DNA from: Eledone cirrhosa
Lineage: Eukaryota
Assembly: GCA_964016885.1 (NCBI GenBank)
Contig: OZ024755.1
Span: 8,060,001 to 8,124,000 of the forward strand
DNA: 64,000 bases
Reading direction: 5' to 3'
The notes beneath the pieces were generated by a model, which worked only from the letters and a program-made list of their open reading frames with translations, was not told where the DNA came from and made no database searches. This document shows positions 1 to 13,639 of the stretch, piece by piece (within the stretch, counting starts at the first letter, position 1; each line of letters starts with the position of its first letter). The translations under genes were made by a program, and so were the position numbers.

Positions 1-1236
1 TTATTAACCACAAAGGGCTCACGCGAAGAAAACATTAAGGAAAGAACAGGACGATACAGTGTTTTATTTAATTATTTATTTATTTTTATAAAAAATAACA
101 AAAACAACAACATATGATAAAGAGGCTATTTCTCGGTCACTGACTGTCCTCTCACAAGTGCCGCTTGCTTTCTGCAAGTACTAAATTCTCGCGTAGCTAG
201 AGTGATGGTTTGCCAGTGGCCTACTTCGTCTAGAGGAGCTCTGTATCTCCACTGCACTCAGTATTGTAGCCTATGGGAGATTTAAATGTTGTGGCAGGTT
301 CCTTGATTCCACAGATCTTCGTAGGTTGTCTTACCACCTGAATGTAGGTAGCACCGCTTGCCATACCAAGGTGAGCCTGAGTAGCAAGTGGATCCTAACC
401 AAAGTCAATATCCCCTTAATTCTGGGGTCAGCTGGTTCGTCCAGACAGTCATGAATTTCGGACAAATGAGGCACTGTGCTAATTAAGTTATGAGGCTCCC
501 TTATTTGGGCCCTGAAGGAGCTAAAAAAAAAATCTTTTGGCAGGAAGTTAGCCTCCACTCCTGGCCAACGGGGCTTTGTGCTTAAGCACACCTAAGCACA
601 ATAGTAAATCCAGCACTGCGTTCAGGGTTGCCCCTGGGTAAGAAGCAGGTGTCCTGTAAGATGCAGATGTCTCATTTGGGGTGTCCCAATTAGCAACTCT
701 TTTGCACCTTCCCACACCCTGGATGTTGCGGTGAAGGTGAGGGCCACTACATCCACAGCCGAACGGAATAAAATTCTCAAATTCCAGGAATTATTGGCAA
801 ACTATGGTTTTTAGCCTGCGGCATTCGAGACATTTATATACATACATACATAAAATATAAATTGTTTATGAATAAATAAATATTCTTTCATTAATGTTTA
901 TTAATAAACGATTATTATGTAATTAGTATTTACTAATCATTTATTCTTTTATTTAATTGACATTTCTTCCGTCAGTTTTATGTTTACATTTGAAAATCGA
1001 AATTCTATACTGTTTATAAATAGTAGTGTGAGTAAGCAAAGGAAAATATAAACAAAACAATGTTAATAATTTTAAACGGAATATTTCTTCAGAATGGATT
1101 GTTTTCCATGATCACCGTTTAAGTAATTTTCCGTACAGCTCATTCCCGAAGCAGCTGGCTTGAATAGTATTATGAACGAGTACCTTCAGAAACCGCTTGG
1201 CTTGGATGTATGCCTTTCACGAACAATGAGGTAATG

Positions 1237-1270
<34 letters not shown>

Positions 1271-1910
1271 CTTCTAATTGACTCAATTTTATTGGGATTT
1301 ATTATATACCCTACAAGTAAGCAACTAGATGAAGAAATAATTATAAAAAAATTAAATGTCATATATTTGTTTTTATTTCAGTTTTTATTTTATTCGGCAT
1401 CTATTCTGCTGCAGATCTTTGTGATAAAGATCCATTTATAGATTTTAATCCTAAATAAAATTTATTGTAGTTTTTCTTCGCTATAATAAAGCAATATTAT
1501 CGTCGGCTCTAAGTGTATTTAGCAATAATCTAAGCATGGTCTCTCCATGAGCTAATAAATCGTTAATTAGTCTTTTGGAACAGTTATACAAGACCAGGGA
1601 GATAACCTCTGTTCCACGCATGTTTTTATACCGTATTAGAAAAATATTTTCTCACATGTAGTCTCAATTGATTATTATTCTTTGTTGCGAATTTTCTATC
1701 TGATTGGCTAATTGTTCTTGGAAAAAAAACGCATTAAGTTTTGATTGATGACTATCCATTACTTGTATTACATACATTATATATATATATACATATATCA
1801 CCCCCCCCCCACTCTCAAGCGTGAAACTAATATTAACATTTTGTACTGCCTCTTCGCTTCCTCATTGTTGTTTTTTTTTGTTTTCTGTTTCAACTATAAT
1901 ATATATATAT

Positions 1911-2078
1911 AGGAAAATGTTCAAGACCCCGACGGCAGAGCTCCAGAAATAGCCGTCGAAACGGCTTCAGCTCTGCCGTCGGGGTCTTGAACATTTTCCT
2001 ATTACCCACTCTACTACCCTAAGTATTGAGTACTCTGGTGCGTTATAGTCCATCTGGTTCCTTACCACACTTCCTTCG

Positions 2079-2080
<2 letters not shown>
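1911..2080 (+). mobile_element. Short fold-back element in (TA)n carrying the 3' half of a hammerhead ribozyme (Penelope-like element terminus, family 1)
   Basis: Perfect 32-bp inverted arms 1911-1942/1969-2000; GAAA-CGGC..GCCG-TC at 1958-1980; (TA)n on both sides; near-identical copy at 44057-44240. Confidence 0.6.
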
Positions 2081-2121
<41 letters not shown>

Positions 2122-2127
<6 letters not shown>

Positions 2128-2199
2128 GTCCCAAAAAATGTATACACACTTCAACAGCATTCTAATAAATATGTGTATACATTTTTGGGCCACACCCTG
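2122..2199. mobile_element. Tc1/mariner-type MITE (~80 bp)
   Basis: TIRs AGGGTGTCCCAAAAAATGTATACAC / GTGTATACATTTTTGGGCCACACCCTG, inserted in a TA run. Confidence 0.7.
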
Positions 2200-2781
2200 T
2201 ATATATATATTTGTATATTACTATTATTATAGGATAGCATGCCTATTTTCTTTAAATACTTGACTTGAAAATACTCTTATTAGGAACATCATATTTATAT
2301 GTGTGCAAATCTAGTATTGATTAATTTTGCCGGCTCCTAATTTTCCGTAACTGCTTGAGTCATTGTTATTAAAATGCATATATATATATATACTTATATT
2401 GCCTTTGACCATACCATCGAAGGAATTAAAATTAGTTTATTAAAATTCGCTCGCATTAAATTCCTGGTGACATTTCTATTTGGAAATAATGTCATAAATA
2501 CTATAGAGCTAACATGTAGTTCAAGCGAAAATATTCTCTCGGCGAAGATTATCTTAGCAGAACAAACGAGACTTGCAACTTCCATAACACCTAAATGTGT
2601 GTGAATATCTTCGTGTTTTTTTTTTTTTAACATGGAATATTTATTTAAGTGTTAAAAACACATTGTTAATATATTGTTAATACAATCATCAATCAATTAA
2701 AAAGAACAAATAAATAAAAACAACCGGCTTTTGACAATTTAATTCTTTGTATCATGTTTCCGAGTTCAAATTCAACTATGG

Positions 2782-2827
<46 letters not shown>

Positions 2828-4049
2828 TTTCGGGGGTCGGTGAAATAAAGATTATTTCCTTCCTTCCAAAATTAACGGAGAAAATAGAAAAAGCTATTGA
2901 TTAATGCCAACATTTGTTAGTATATGAACTGTCTTGAAAGGATAATTCTATATGCAGGTGCCCTAATATTTAATTAAAGTATTTCTCGATTGCTTAATGT
3001 TGACAATAACGGCGTATTATATTTCTGATTTATTTAATTATTTTTTTTTTTTTACTTTAGAATAAATTTGTAAAATTATACTCTGTAAATATAAAGATTT
3101 AATGTCATACTCGATAACATTCAACAAAGATTTTCTAGGTTTCTTATTTACACGCATTAGCAATAACAATAATTATTTTGACATAAGCATAACAAGGCCA
3201 TAAATATTGTAGAGAGGGCTGTTGATTAAATCTACCCGTCATTACTTGACTGGTAAATTATTTCATCGACCTAGGAAGGATAAAAGGCAAAGGACGAAAG
3301 ACCACCGCTTATACTACTACTAGTGCTACTACTGTTACTGATGATGATGATGATAATATATCTTATTTCGGACATTCAGATAAAAACAAATCGTGAATAA
3401 CAATAAGGTTATACCAACACTATACTTATACAAGGAATTTAATTCTAAAATCTAATGATTTAGCAGGAAATATGTGATTTAACAAGCAGGTTTGTTAATT
3501 CAAATGTTTATAGTATCTTTAGTAGCGAACAGATCGTTGTGAAAATTTACAGTATTAGAGTAAACATTTTATTTTCTAGTGTCATACAGTCATAGTGCTG
3601 TTCCGTACTGTTCGCGAAAATCTTACTAATGTGGTTTTATGCTGTATACAAGGTCGGATTTAACCGGTGTGTGTGTGTGTGTGGTGGTGGTGGTGGTGGG
3701 GGGGGGGGGGGGGGCAATTGCCACGGGCCCTGCAGTGAGAGACCCCGCCAGCGACGGCCGTAGCAATTTATTTGTGCCTTCAGCTGGACTTTTTAGTTTT
3801 AGGATAGATTGTTTTAATTTAATACATGTACGTATAACTTTTCAATTCCAATTACTTGCACAAACCTAACTTTGATATGTAAAATTGGGGTGCCGTGTAT
3901 TCTAATTTGTTGTGCATGAGGGGGGCCCCCTGTTATCAACCACTTTACAGTGTGGAATGGGGGCATTTTATCATACTTCAAACACTAATGAGAATGCCTC
4001 CCAGGATTTAAGAGCCATGTTTACTCAAAATGACTGCACTCCTAGCTCG

Positions 4050-4571
4050 GTTGTCTTTACTATGGTATATGTAATCCACATTTATCCTGTGCAGACATAT
4101 ATCTTTAAACTGACTGCCCTCCTACTATTCTTGTGGGTTTCAGTGTCTATGTCTACCTCATACAGTTTAATGTCCACTGCTAATTTGGTCACCTAAGTAA
4201 CAGCAGCTATCAACTACTAAATCTTCTTAGAAATGGTAAAAGTATATTTAATTGGTGCTCTTACTACAAACTCTCCCTGTGCATCTGTTACATAAACCTA
4301 CCTTTTTTGTTAGCTTGCCTGCTATCCCACTACATCTCTTGCATAGCCATATTATACACTGTGTACTCAATAAAGAATTCCTACCTATTCCTTTACATAT
4401 CAAACATGGCCACTTCCCTGACAGTATCAGTGTCTTATCTCTTTTTCTATTTACTAAAACTTGAGTCCTTTTGATTCTAAGTTTTATTTCCACAACAAAC
4501 ATTTCTTCTCTAGCTCTTCTACAGATTGTCACCTTACAACATTTCCCACAGACAACAAATCTTAAACTCAT
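4050..4571 (-). mobile_element. Degenerate RTE-type LINE fragment
   Basis: ORF 4248-4571 contains WPCLICKGIGRNSLLSTQCIIWLCKRCSGI, a Cys cluster of the kind found after the RT in RTE-like LINEs. Confidence 0.55.
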
Positions 4572-5001
4572 CTTTTATGACCTATATTTTTATAGCTATA
4601 AACTTTGAAATGTATAAAGTGTTTATGTAACTTTTTATGACACCTTTGAATTACTGTACAATGTAACTTTTGACTTAATTATAATATAATAATATATGGG
4701 TGTTAGTTGTAAAGCTTGCATTGGGTCTGGAGTTATTGTCAGTTCTAATTATAGATAACTTAGAAATATCAGAGATACCTGTTCTGTTTAATAGCTACAG
4801 TCAGCTCTGGACAAACAGACAATAGCATGTGAAAAAGGAATCAAACACATGAATACCTGACATGCTTGCTCCAGTAGAGTTTTTATTTGATTAGTTTTCA
4901 GGTCAGAGTCATCTGGTGTAAAGTTGATTTTCGTAAAGGTTTTAGAACTTAAAAGCTTCAAGACAGTAGAAACAATTGCAAGGATGATTTAGCTGTTAGT
5001 C

Positions 5002-5394
5002 CTTTAACATTTACATTACTCTATATTTACTATTGTATTTTTGTGATAAAGGCTTTATCTCACCGGATTGGTAGAGGGTCGGACGCCATGCTTTGCAGCA
5101 TAGAGTTACGGCCCTTTACGATCTGAGTTCAAATCCCGCCGAGGTTAACTTTGCTTTTCATCCTTACGGGGGGGGGGGGGTTCGATAAAATAAAGTACCA
5201 GTAATACACTGGGATAATTGCTGGCCTTGTGCCAAACGTAGAAACAATTATATGGAATCTATGAGATTTTGATATGCTTAATTTTGAGAAGAATACCTTA
5301 ACGTTGGTATGAGGGGCTGGTTATGGCCGGTTTGAACAGAAAGAGGTGAGAAAATTCTGGCCAGATATGGCTGATTTAAATGCTAAAGGGTTAA
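5002..5394. mobile_element. piggyBac-type MITE interrupted by a SINE (~5064-5250)
   Basis: Ends CCTTTA.../...TAAAGGG-TTAA; an uninterrupted sister copy lies at ~13419-13622. Confidence 0.6.
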
Positions 5395-6613
5395 ACTGCC
5401 AACTGAAGTAATATTAGTTCTGAGTGCAGCTTGTTCCATCAGGAACATAACTCAACCAATCATCTCCAATGTTGTCAGCAGCTTGTTAACATCCGTGCCA
5501 GCTGATGTTGACGGTTTGTAGGTCACTTTAGACTGTCCGCTGCCTGGTCCTCTTCGGTCAACCTCTTTTCTGCTTGCCTTCGGTGGGGAGTTCATATCGA
5601 GTGATATTCAATGGGATTGTGTGTTAAGTTCATCTATCTACCCATTTAACAGGAAACAATACAAACAGCAAATAAGAAAATGAGGATATTTATTAGGTGA
5701 CAGTACAACTCAGCATTGCTTCACCAGTGATGTGAGACCAGGTGGAGCTGGGGAGCATTCTCTTGTGTGTGAACAGAATGGAGAAAGTGGTGCCTCGGAG
5801 TGTAGTGAAGTAGACATGTTGGAATAGCCACACTAACTTGTGAGGCACCAGCACTAAATCTGAAGTCCAGAAATGAATTTGATGTTGCTATAAAGTTCAG
5901 AGACACATTGCTGATGTTCATTGATAAAAATTGATTCCATGTCACCCTGTAATTTTCTCATAAGGAAAGAATATTTGATAAATATTTTTAATATTTTACT
6001 ATTAAAATCTAAATCATCATAATCATTTTGATCATCATTATTAATTTGCATGTTTTCCATATTAGCATGGTTTGGATAGATAATTCATTCTTATTCAGGA
6101 TTATTGTCTTCTTAGATGGGTTGGGGAGATCAGATAACACTCATTCATTCTATGTTTGGTATAGCTTTTATAGCTTGATGCCCTTCCTAACACCATCCAT
6201 TTTAAAAAGTATACTTGGTGCGTTTTATCATGGCTCCAGCACTAGAGAGGTTGTCATATTCTTGAGAAATCTAAAGAACTCTATTTACCCAACCACTTTA
6301 CAGACTGCATTAGCTGTATTTTATTGAGCTACCAACACTAGACAAGTTGTTTAGTCCACTGCATGGGTAAAGTAAGATCTTCACTCTATTCAAGCATTGT
6401 TTTTTTTTTTCACAAATAGGACTGAGAAGTTAATATTTAATAAATATCTATGTGAATCATAAATAGTAATTATATTCTTATGCATACGAAATATATTTTT
6501 TTCCTTTGTCTTTTACAGGTAAAAGTGAAATTGTGTGGAATTTTTAACAATTCTGCTGAAATTTATCAATCTGTTTTTCTGCTGTCACAAGAAAGTTTAT
6601 TACGATATTTATA

Positions 6614-7303
6614 ATGGCATCTGACTACCCACCATGTTCCAAAGCTACTGAATTAGAGGAAATACAAGAAAAAGAATGGATTGAACTTCCAGAATCTTCT
6701 CCAGAAGATCAACTACAAGATAATGGTGGTGATCAACATTTTGTAACATTGACTGGAACAGTTGCTCGTGGCTACCAAGCTGGTCAAGTTGTAGATGTCC
6801 AGTTACAAATTTCTCGTGATGAATTACGAAAACTAACTCTAGAGAGAGGAAACAAAGAGGAAAAACTCAAGTACAAATCTTCAACATGCTCTTGGGGAGT
6901 GCATTCAGGATTGCATATTGTATTTCTGAGCATCATGTGTATACCTGTAGCTTGGCTTGTCTCTTTAGGATACTCCTTCTATATTGGTTGCAATACCTGG
7001 TATAATATTTATCTGTATTTTTCTGAAGAAAAGACGATCTGGCATAAGATCTCTATTTGTCCGGTTCTCATATTAACATTTCCTTTCACTGTTGGTTTGT
7101 CATCGCTCATCTTAAGTTTATATGCCTCAATTATTCAAATTTCGTGGAATTTCTATAAATGGCTGCAAGAATTCCAAGATTACGAAAAAGGTTTTTACGG
7201 CTGGTTTTGTAACTGGATTGGCCTTCACCAGTGTTGTCCTTATGAGGTTGTCATTCTAGACTGCCCCGAATCTATAAGAGAGACAAAAACGCCTTCAAGT
7301 TAA
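6614..7303 (+). CDS. TMEM169: Transmembrane protein 169-like, single coding exon
   Basis: 229-aa ORF with FVTLTGTVARG..AGQVVDV, GLHIVFLS..CIP, WYNIYLYFSEEKT..HKISICP and DYEKGFYGWFC..IGL..CCPYEVVIL motifs plus hydrophobic segments; polypyrimidine tract and CAG acceptor at 6496-6518 imply an upstream non-coding exon. Confidence 0.9.
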   Translation: MASDYPPCSKATELEEIQEKEWIELPESSPEDQLQDNGGDQHFVTLTGTVARGYQAGQVVDVQLQISRDELRKLTLERGNKEEKLKYKSSTCSWGVHSGLHIVFLSIMCIPVAWLVSLGYSFYIGCNTWYNIYLYFSEEKTIWHKISICPVLILTFPFTVGLSSLILSLYASIIQISWNFYKWLQEFQDYEKGFYGWFCNWIGLHQCCPYEVVILDCPESIRETKTPSS

Positions 7304-7514
7304 TGATCCCAAAATATACAACCTAAATGGCACAGAAATCCTCACTGTTTGCTGCTCTAGACTGATTATAACTGACCTATAACTACTGGTTCAATTTTTA
7401 ATTTGATGTGATTTTGATTTATATATATATTGTTTGGTGTATTGTTCAATATGTAATATATATATATATATATACTTATGTGTGTGTAAATATAAATATA
7501 TGTATATATATGTT

Positions 7515-7545
<31 letters not shown>

Positions 7546-7666
7546 GTGTGTGTGTGTATGAAGAAAATAGATGTAAAATGTTGATGAGGATGATGATATA
7601 ATACACACAAATGTGTACATACTTATACATATATATGATCATCATCATTTTACATCGATAAAATCA

Positions 7667-7705
<39 letters not shown>

Positions 7706-9337
7706 GGGGTTAACATGATATATTTATGCTTGTGTGTATCTATCTATATATATATGTGTGTGATGTAAAAATATATATTCACTGCAATCATGTTACAACA
7801 GTCAACTTATTTTTCTGCACATTCTTATCATCTACCAAAATTATCAGGTTCTTTTCTTTCATAGTAACTTATTTCCCAATATTTTAGTTTCTGTTATTTT
7901 GGTTAATGAGGCAAAGTGGTTCACTGAAATTTGCCAGTCGCTATCAATCGCTTGGTTTATTAGTAACTATTGATGGTAGAGAAAGAAAATTATTGATTTT
8001 GACTTGAAGTAAAATTTATTTGAATTGAATACCAAATAATATAATTGAATTATAAAGGAAGTTTTTTGGTAGGACAGATTTTTCTGCTACCTCTAGAATA
8101 TTTTATTGACATTAAGGATAAACTTCTTTAAGTAGAGAAATAATGTCACAGGGAAATCAGTCTAAAAAAAAATCATAATTTTGGCTTGACCTCCCCCTCC
8201 AAAAATACAGGTTTCAACTAGAATTTAAGTGTTTTTAGAGTGTTTTTTTTTATTCTTTATAATATTTAAATAATCTGTGACTCTTTCTCACAGGACTCTT
8301 TTTTTTCCTGGATTTATCTGCTGTGCAACTATTTCAAAGTAAATACATATTTAAGGTGTTTAATTAACAGAGTAACTAAGGCATCTGATTCAAAATGCCT
8401 TGGTATTTATTCTGGTTCTGTTCTTTACATTCTGAGTTCAAAACCCACCGAGGTCAGCTTTACCTTTTACCATTTCAAAGTTAAATAGAATACCAGTCAA
8501 ATACTAGGGTTAATTCTTCCTCTATCTCTCTTTATCACTCATTATCTCTCTCTCTCTCTATTTTAACTGGAAGAAATTAGACTAGAGATGGGCTCTGCCA
8601 TGTTCAAAATGCCTATGACACACCATGTGTCTGGATGGCATCCCTACAACTCCATCAAGAGCTAAGGGCAGTAAATACAGATATTGTTTTGTAGGTTTAA
8701 TTTTATTTTACTCACTTATCTATTGTTTGTCAGTGAGCTGGAGCTAAAATTACATACCAAACATAATAATTGTTTCTACTATTGGCACACGGCCAGAAAT
8801 TATCCCATTGCATTACTGGTACTTTATTTTATTGACCCCGTAAGGATGAAAAGCAAAGTTAACCTCAGCGGGATTTGAACTCCGAGGTTAACTTTGCCTT
8901 TCATCCGAACATAATAATGCACATTTATTTCATATATTTAGATTATTTTAAGCATACAGTATGACATATTTAAAGAACATAGATTGAATAAAGAAGAAAT
9001 ATGTTGAACAAATAGAAATTGAAATTTAACAAAATGCTAGGGTTTTGAAGTTAATAAACTTTATTGTTTATTACAAGAAACATCAATTTTTCCTGTTTTA
9101 TAGATATTTTTTCTTAAATACTTACTTTAGATCTTTTATCTCAATCACAATGAATTATAATTAGAATTAGTATTTACAAATAACTGTTAAACTAATATTA
9201 TTTTTATAAAACTGTAGGATTCTCAGTGCGATGAGTAGTTGTAAATAGCTGAATACTATATGTAGGGTAAAACGTTGGGTTAAGATATAACCACATATTG
9301 AAGAGAGAGAGAAGGGAAGAAAGATAGTCTAAAGCAT

Positions 9338-9562
9338 GAGAAGAGAAATGAGGGGGATTATAGAGAGAGAGAGAAGAGAAATGAGGTGGGTATATAGAGA
9401 GAGAAGAGAAATGAGGTGGGTATATAGAGAGAGAAGAGAAATGAGGTGGGTATATATAGAGAGAAGAGAAATGAGGTGGGTATATAGATAGAGAAGAGAA
9501 ATGAGGTGGGTATATAGAGAGAGAAGAGAAATGAGGTGGGTATAGAGAGAGAGAAGAGAAAA
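9338..9562. repeat. 30-bp purine-rich minisatellite (~7 units)
   Basis: GAGAGAAGAGAAATGAGGTGGGTATATAGA repeated in tandem. Confidence 0.9.
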
Positions 9563-11559
9563 GCGGGAATGAGATTGATGGTGCAGAACTTTTGGAGGCT
9601 TTACGAAAAATAAATAAAAACAGCAAATATTGTATGAAGTAATATTTTCAGTTACATAGAAATGATCTGATTAGTTTATCATGATTATCATTAGTATTCA
9701 AAATACTTTGCAGTGTTTAGTTATGACAGTTCAAATCCCACCAAGGTCAATTTTTCCCTTTCATCACTTGGGGGTTGATAAAATAAAGTACTAGTAAAAT
9801 ACTGGGCTCAATATAATCAATGTTCCCTTTTTCCCTAAAATTGCTGGCCTTGTGTCAGTGTGAGAAAGAATTATTATTTAAAATGCTTTGCTGTATTTAG
9901 TTATGAGTTTCTACATTCTGAGTTCAACTTTGCCTTTCTTCATTGATAAAATAAAGTACCAGTTAAATACTGAGGGGGTTCGACATAATTGACTTTCCTC
10001 CTACCCTAAAAATTGCCAGTCTTGTGCCAACGCTAGAAAGAATTATTATTTAATTTGCTTTTTTATATTTGTATATTTTTTTATTTCAAATCTGTATTTT
10101 TCTTTGATTTCATTTTAAGAAAATTCTGCTGAATTTTTAATCATTACGAGAGCTAAGACAATAAATATTTTGATATTAACATTCAAAAGAAACTAAACCC
10201 ATTAAGAATGAAGCATTAAAATCTGTGTAAAATAATTTTTTATTGATTTAATGTCTGACCATCATCATCATCATCATCATTTAACTTCCGTTCTCCTTGC
10301 TAGCAACGGTTGGACGGGTCATCACTAGCCAAGTCAGTACTTAATCAATGCGATGGGCCAGGAGGTTGCAGCTCCCTTACATATGTTCCCACACTATACA
10401 GAGTGAATTGAGTGCATTTTATCATAGCACCAGCACTAGGGAGATTGTCATGTTTTTGACATAAATTGGAAAGTCCTCCTGACCCTTTGTTTGGCAAAGT
10501 TTCTTATAGCTGAATGCTGTTCCTATCACCAAACACTTTACAGAGTGTACTGAGAGTGTTTATCATGTAGATCACCAACAGAGAGGTTGTCGTGCCCTTG
10601 ACACAACTGATGAGCCCTCTCAACCTTATAAATATCTGTATGTAAAGTCCCTTTGTCTTTGTTGTGCAAACTTTGTGGAAAAATTACATTTTCACACTGA
10701 TTTTTATATGTATTTCGACATGCTTTTTTTTTTATAACACTTTGATTGTATCTGTGATAGATGTTTTCATTTTTCAGATAACTCCTGTCTTTTTTTGGAT
10801 GGCAGGTGGAGTGGGAGAATGCTTTGTACTTTATATAAACACTTTGTAACCACTGAAATATTCCATATTATTTTTGTTTTCATATTGTGGTATGTTCTGA
10901 ATTTCTTGTTCATTGAGAATATGTCTTAAAGTTATTGATTTTTGTGTGTAATACTGCTGCTATGAAAGATTTTATTTTTGACAATTTTTCTCTGAACTAT
11001 TAGTGAAAAGAATTCATCCGGTTTTCACATGGGCCAATCATATCAACCTACTTTACACAGTGAAAGTGTAAAATATATTTAATATGTTTTTCATTAATCT
11101 TCTTTATTATCACTGAAATTCACTGACATATTCAACTGGACCATATATTTGGAATTATTTCTTTCAAACACTAAACTTATTCTTTAAATGCCCAAGCAAA
11201 ATTTTGAAAAAAAAAAAGAAAATAAAAAACCAACAAAAAAAAAATATACAAAAAAAAAAGAAACTACAAAACAAAAAAAAAATGGAAAAAAAAAAGACCG
11301 ATCACCTTGAGAATATTTATGCATTTATAAAAAGATTTTTCTGACTATATATGGAATAACACTATTGAGATGTCCAGATTGTGACTGTTTTATACATGTT
11401 GTTACTGTAACAGTAAGATATAAAATGTTTTATTGGAAGAAACCATCTGATATTTTCCTACATAACATAATGGGATGTTTTGTAGTAGGGACCTTATCAG
11501 TTTATGTTTAAAGTGGGCACTCCCTAACACTGTATCTCTACCCAGCATTAATCCCCACA

Positions 11560-11830
11560 TGTCTACCCAACAATAGCTCACACCCTTGTGTCTACCCAAT
11601 AATAGCTGTTTTGACTATTACATACACACACCATCCTGTTTACCCAACAATAACTGTTTAACTATTACATACACACCCCATCCTGTCTACCCAATGATAC
11701 CTATTTATCTATCTATTTACACACCATCCTGTCTACCCAACAATAGCTGTTTTTCTATCTATTACATACACTGCCCCATTCTTGTCTTCCCTGGATTAGC
11801 TTCTTTACCCATTACATACACTTGCATTGT
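11560..11830. repeat. Degenerate ~42-46 bp tandem repeat
   Basis: Recurring CCATCCTGTCTACCCAACAATAGCTG..ATTACATACAC. Confidence 0.7.
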
Positions 11831-12704
11831 CTACTCAATATTAACTGGCTAATCATTACACAAAACATACCACATCTGTCGTCTATCATCTCCTGAATCT
11901 AATATATATTATCAACCAGAAAAATGTTCACTTGTATATCTAAATATTACACTTTCAACCTATTTGGAAGAGAAACAACTTATTAGAATACATTTTTTCT
12001 TAAAAGAAACATTTTCTCTCCAAATAGATTTGAATTGTTAGTGATTCCTTAATCTAGTAGTGACCTATTCCTATATTGTTGATAAAATTGTTTACCTGTC
12101 AGGTAGTACAAAGACCGAAATGTGAGCAATTGTAATTATTGTCTGAAAGTTTTGAGATGTTGATATATTTTTAAATAATTTTGGTATAGCTTCGTTGTAA
12201 AAAGGAGTTTGTAGATTGTTGATTAGTTTAATTGTTGTGAAGAGTGGAAAGTTTAACGTTTTAGTCTCTTGTTCTTCAATAGAGATATACAAGGATGAAA
12301 GTGTTGTTGAGCTGGCTGTGGAGAGTGAATGAGGAGGGAATTGTAATTATGGGGAAGTGTTGTTGAGCTGGCTGTGGAGAGTGAATGAGGAGGGAATTGT
12401 AATAATGGATAAATGTATGGTGAGTGAGGGAGGAGGGTGAGAAAAAGGGAGAAAGTCAATACAAAGACATAGGAGAGAGGATAGGAAGAAGACAGCAACA
12501 AGATGGAGGGAATGTTCTAGAAATAGAATCTGATGTAGGCAGGGAAGTGGTAAGGCCAACACACTGAAAGACAGTTTAACATGTGTACATAGCTATATAG
12601 GTATCTATACATACACAGCTGTACACGCACACACATACGTCCACACAATCAGATAAACTCTGATCTGAATATGTCTCCACTTTTTTTCCTACATGTCACC
12701 CCAC

Positions 12705-12816
12705 AACCCATACCCTACATGCAACCACACAACCCATACCCTACATGCAACCCCACAACCCATACCCTACATGCAACCCCACAACCCATACCCTACATGT
12801 CACCACACAACCCATT
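12705..12816. repeat. 26-bp minisatellite (~4 units)
   Basis: CCCTACATGCAACCCCACAACCCATA in tandem. Confidence 0.85.
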
Positions 12817-13418
12817 CCCTTATCTTCATAAAACCATGTTACTGCAGACATATTTACTTCCTCAGCCTCTCTGCCTCTGCTCCATCATCATCATCATCAC
12901 TGTTTTACGTCCGTTCTTCCATGCTAGCATGGGTTAGACGGGTTGTCCTGTTGTGGTCAGTGTCTGGTCGGCTGACCTTGTCTTGCTCATACAGGAACTG
13001 ATTTTGGCTTGATTTCTACAGCTGAATGCCCTTCCTAACACCAACCTCATTTACAGTGAGTGCTGGGTGCTTTTTTGCCATGGCACCTCCACGACCACTT
13101 TGCAGTGGGAGGGTGTGGGGGCATATTGTCTATATGCTTCAGCTTGTACCCATGGGAGGTTGGGTACTCTGTATTACTGCACGACGCCAGAGGTCACGGT
13201 CGTGTGTCATCGCTCCATGTTGATTCAAACCCTGTGAACCCTTCCAAAGTATACTGAAAGTATTCTCACTATCTCTTCTCAGGGATTTATATGCACCACT
13301 ATTTAACCCTTGTATTTCAAATCACTCAATCTGGACTGTTACATTAGTTAGTCGTCTTCTCGTCTTTTCTTGTATATAATCCTTTTTTTGCTCACTCTAA
13401 TTCATCAACATATTACCT

Positions 13419-13622
13419 TAACTCTTTAGTATTTACATGACTCTATATTTACTATTGTATTTTCATGGTAAACACTTTATCTCACATATTATAGAATCTA
13501 TGAGATTTTGATATTGTTTATTTTGAAAACATAAGTATGAGCGGCTGGTTACGGCCGGTTTGAACACAAATAGGTGTTAGAATTCTGGTTGGATACGGCC
13601 GGTTTAAATGCTAAATTGTTAA
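13419..13622. mobile_element. piggyBac-type MITE without the SINE insertion
   Basis: TTAA at both ends; colinear with 5002-5394 once the SINE is removed. Confidence 0.6.
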
Positions 13623-13639
13623 ATCTTAGACTTTCTTTC

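Noticed and set aside
331-591. 86-aa ORF with faint resemblance to a retroelement endonuclease region
   Set aside because: No recognisable catalytic motif; too weak to call
1093-1230. AG...GT-bounded exon-like segment
   Set aside because: Stops in all three plus-strand frames; it could be a UTR exon or a repeat, but nothing supports either
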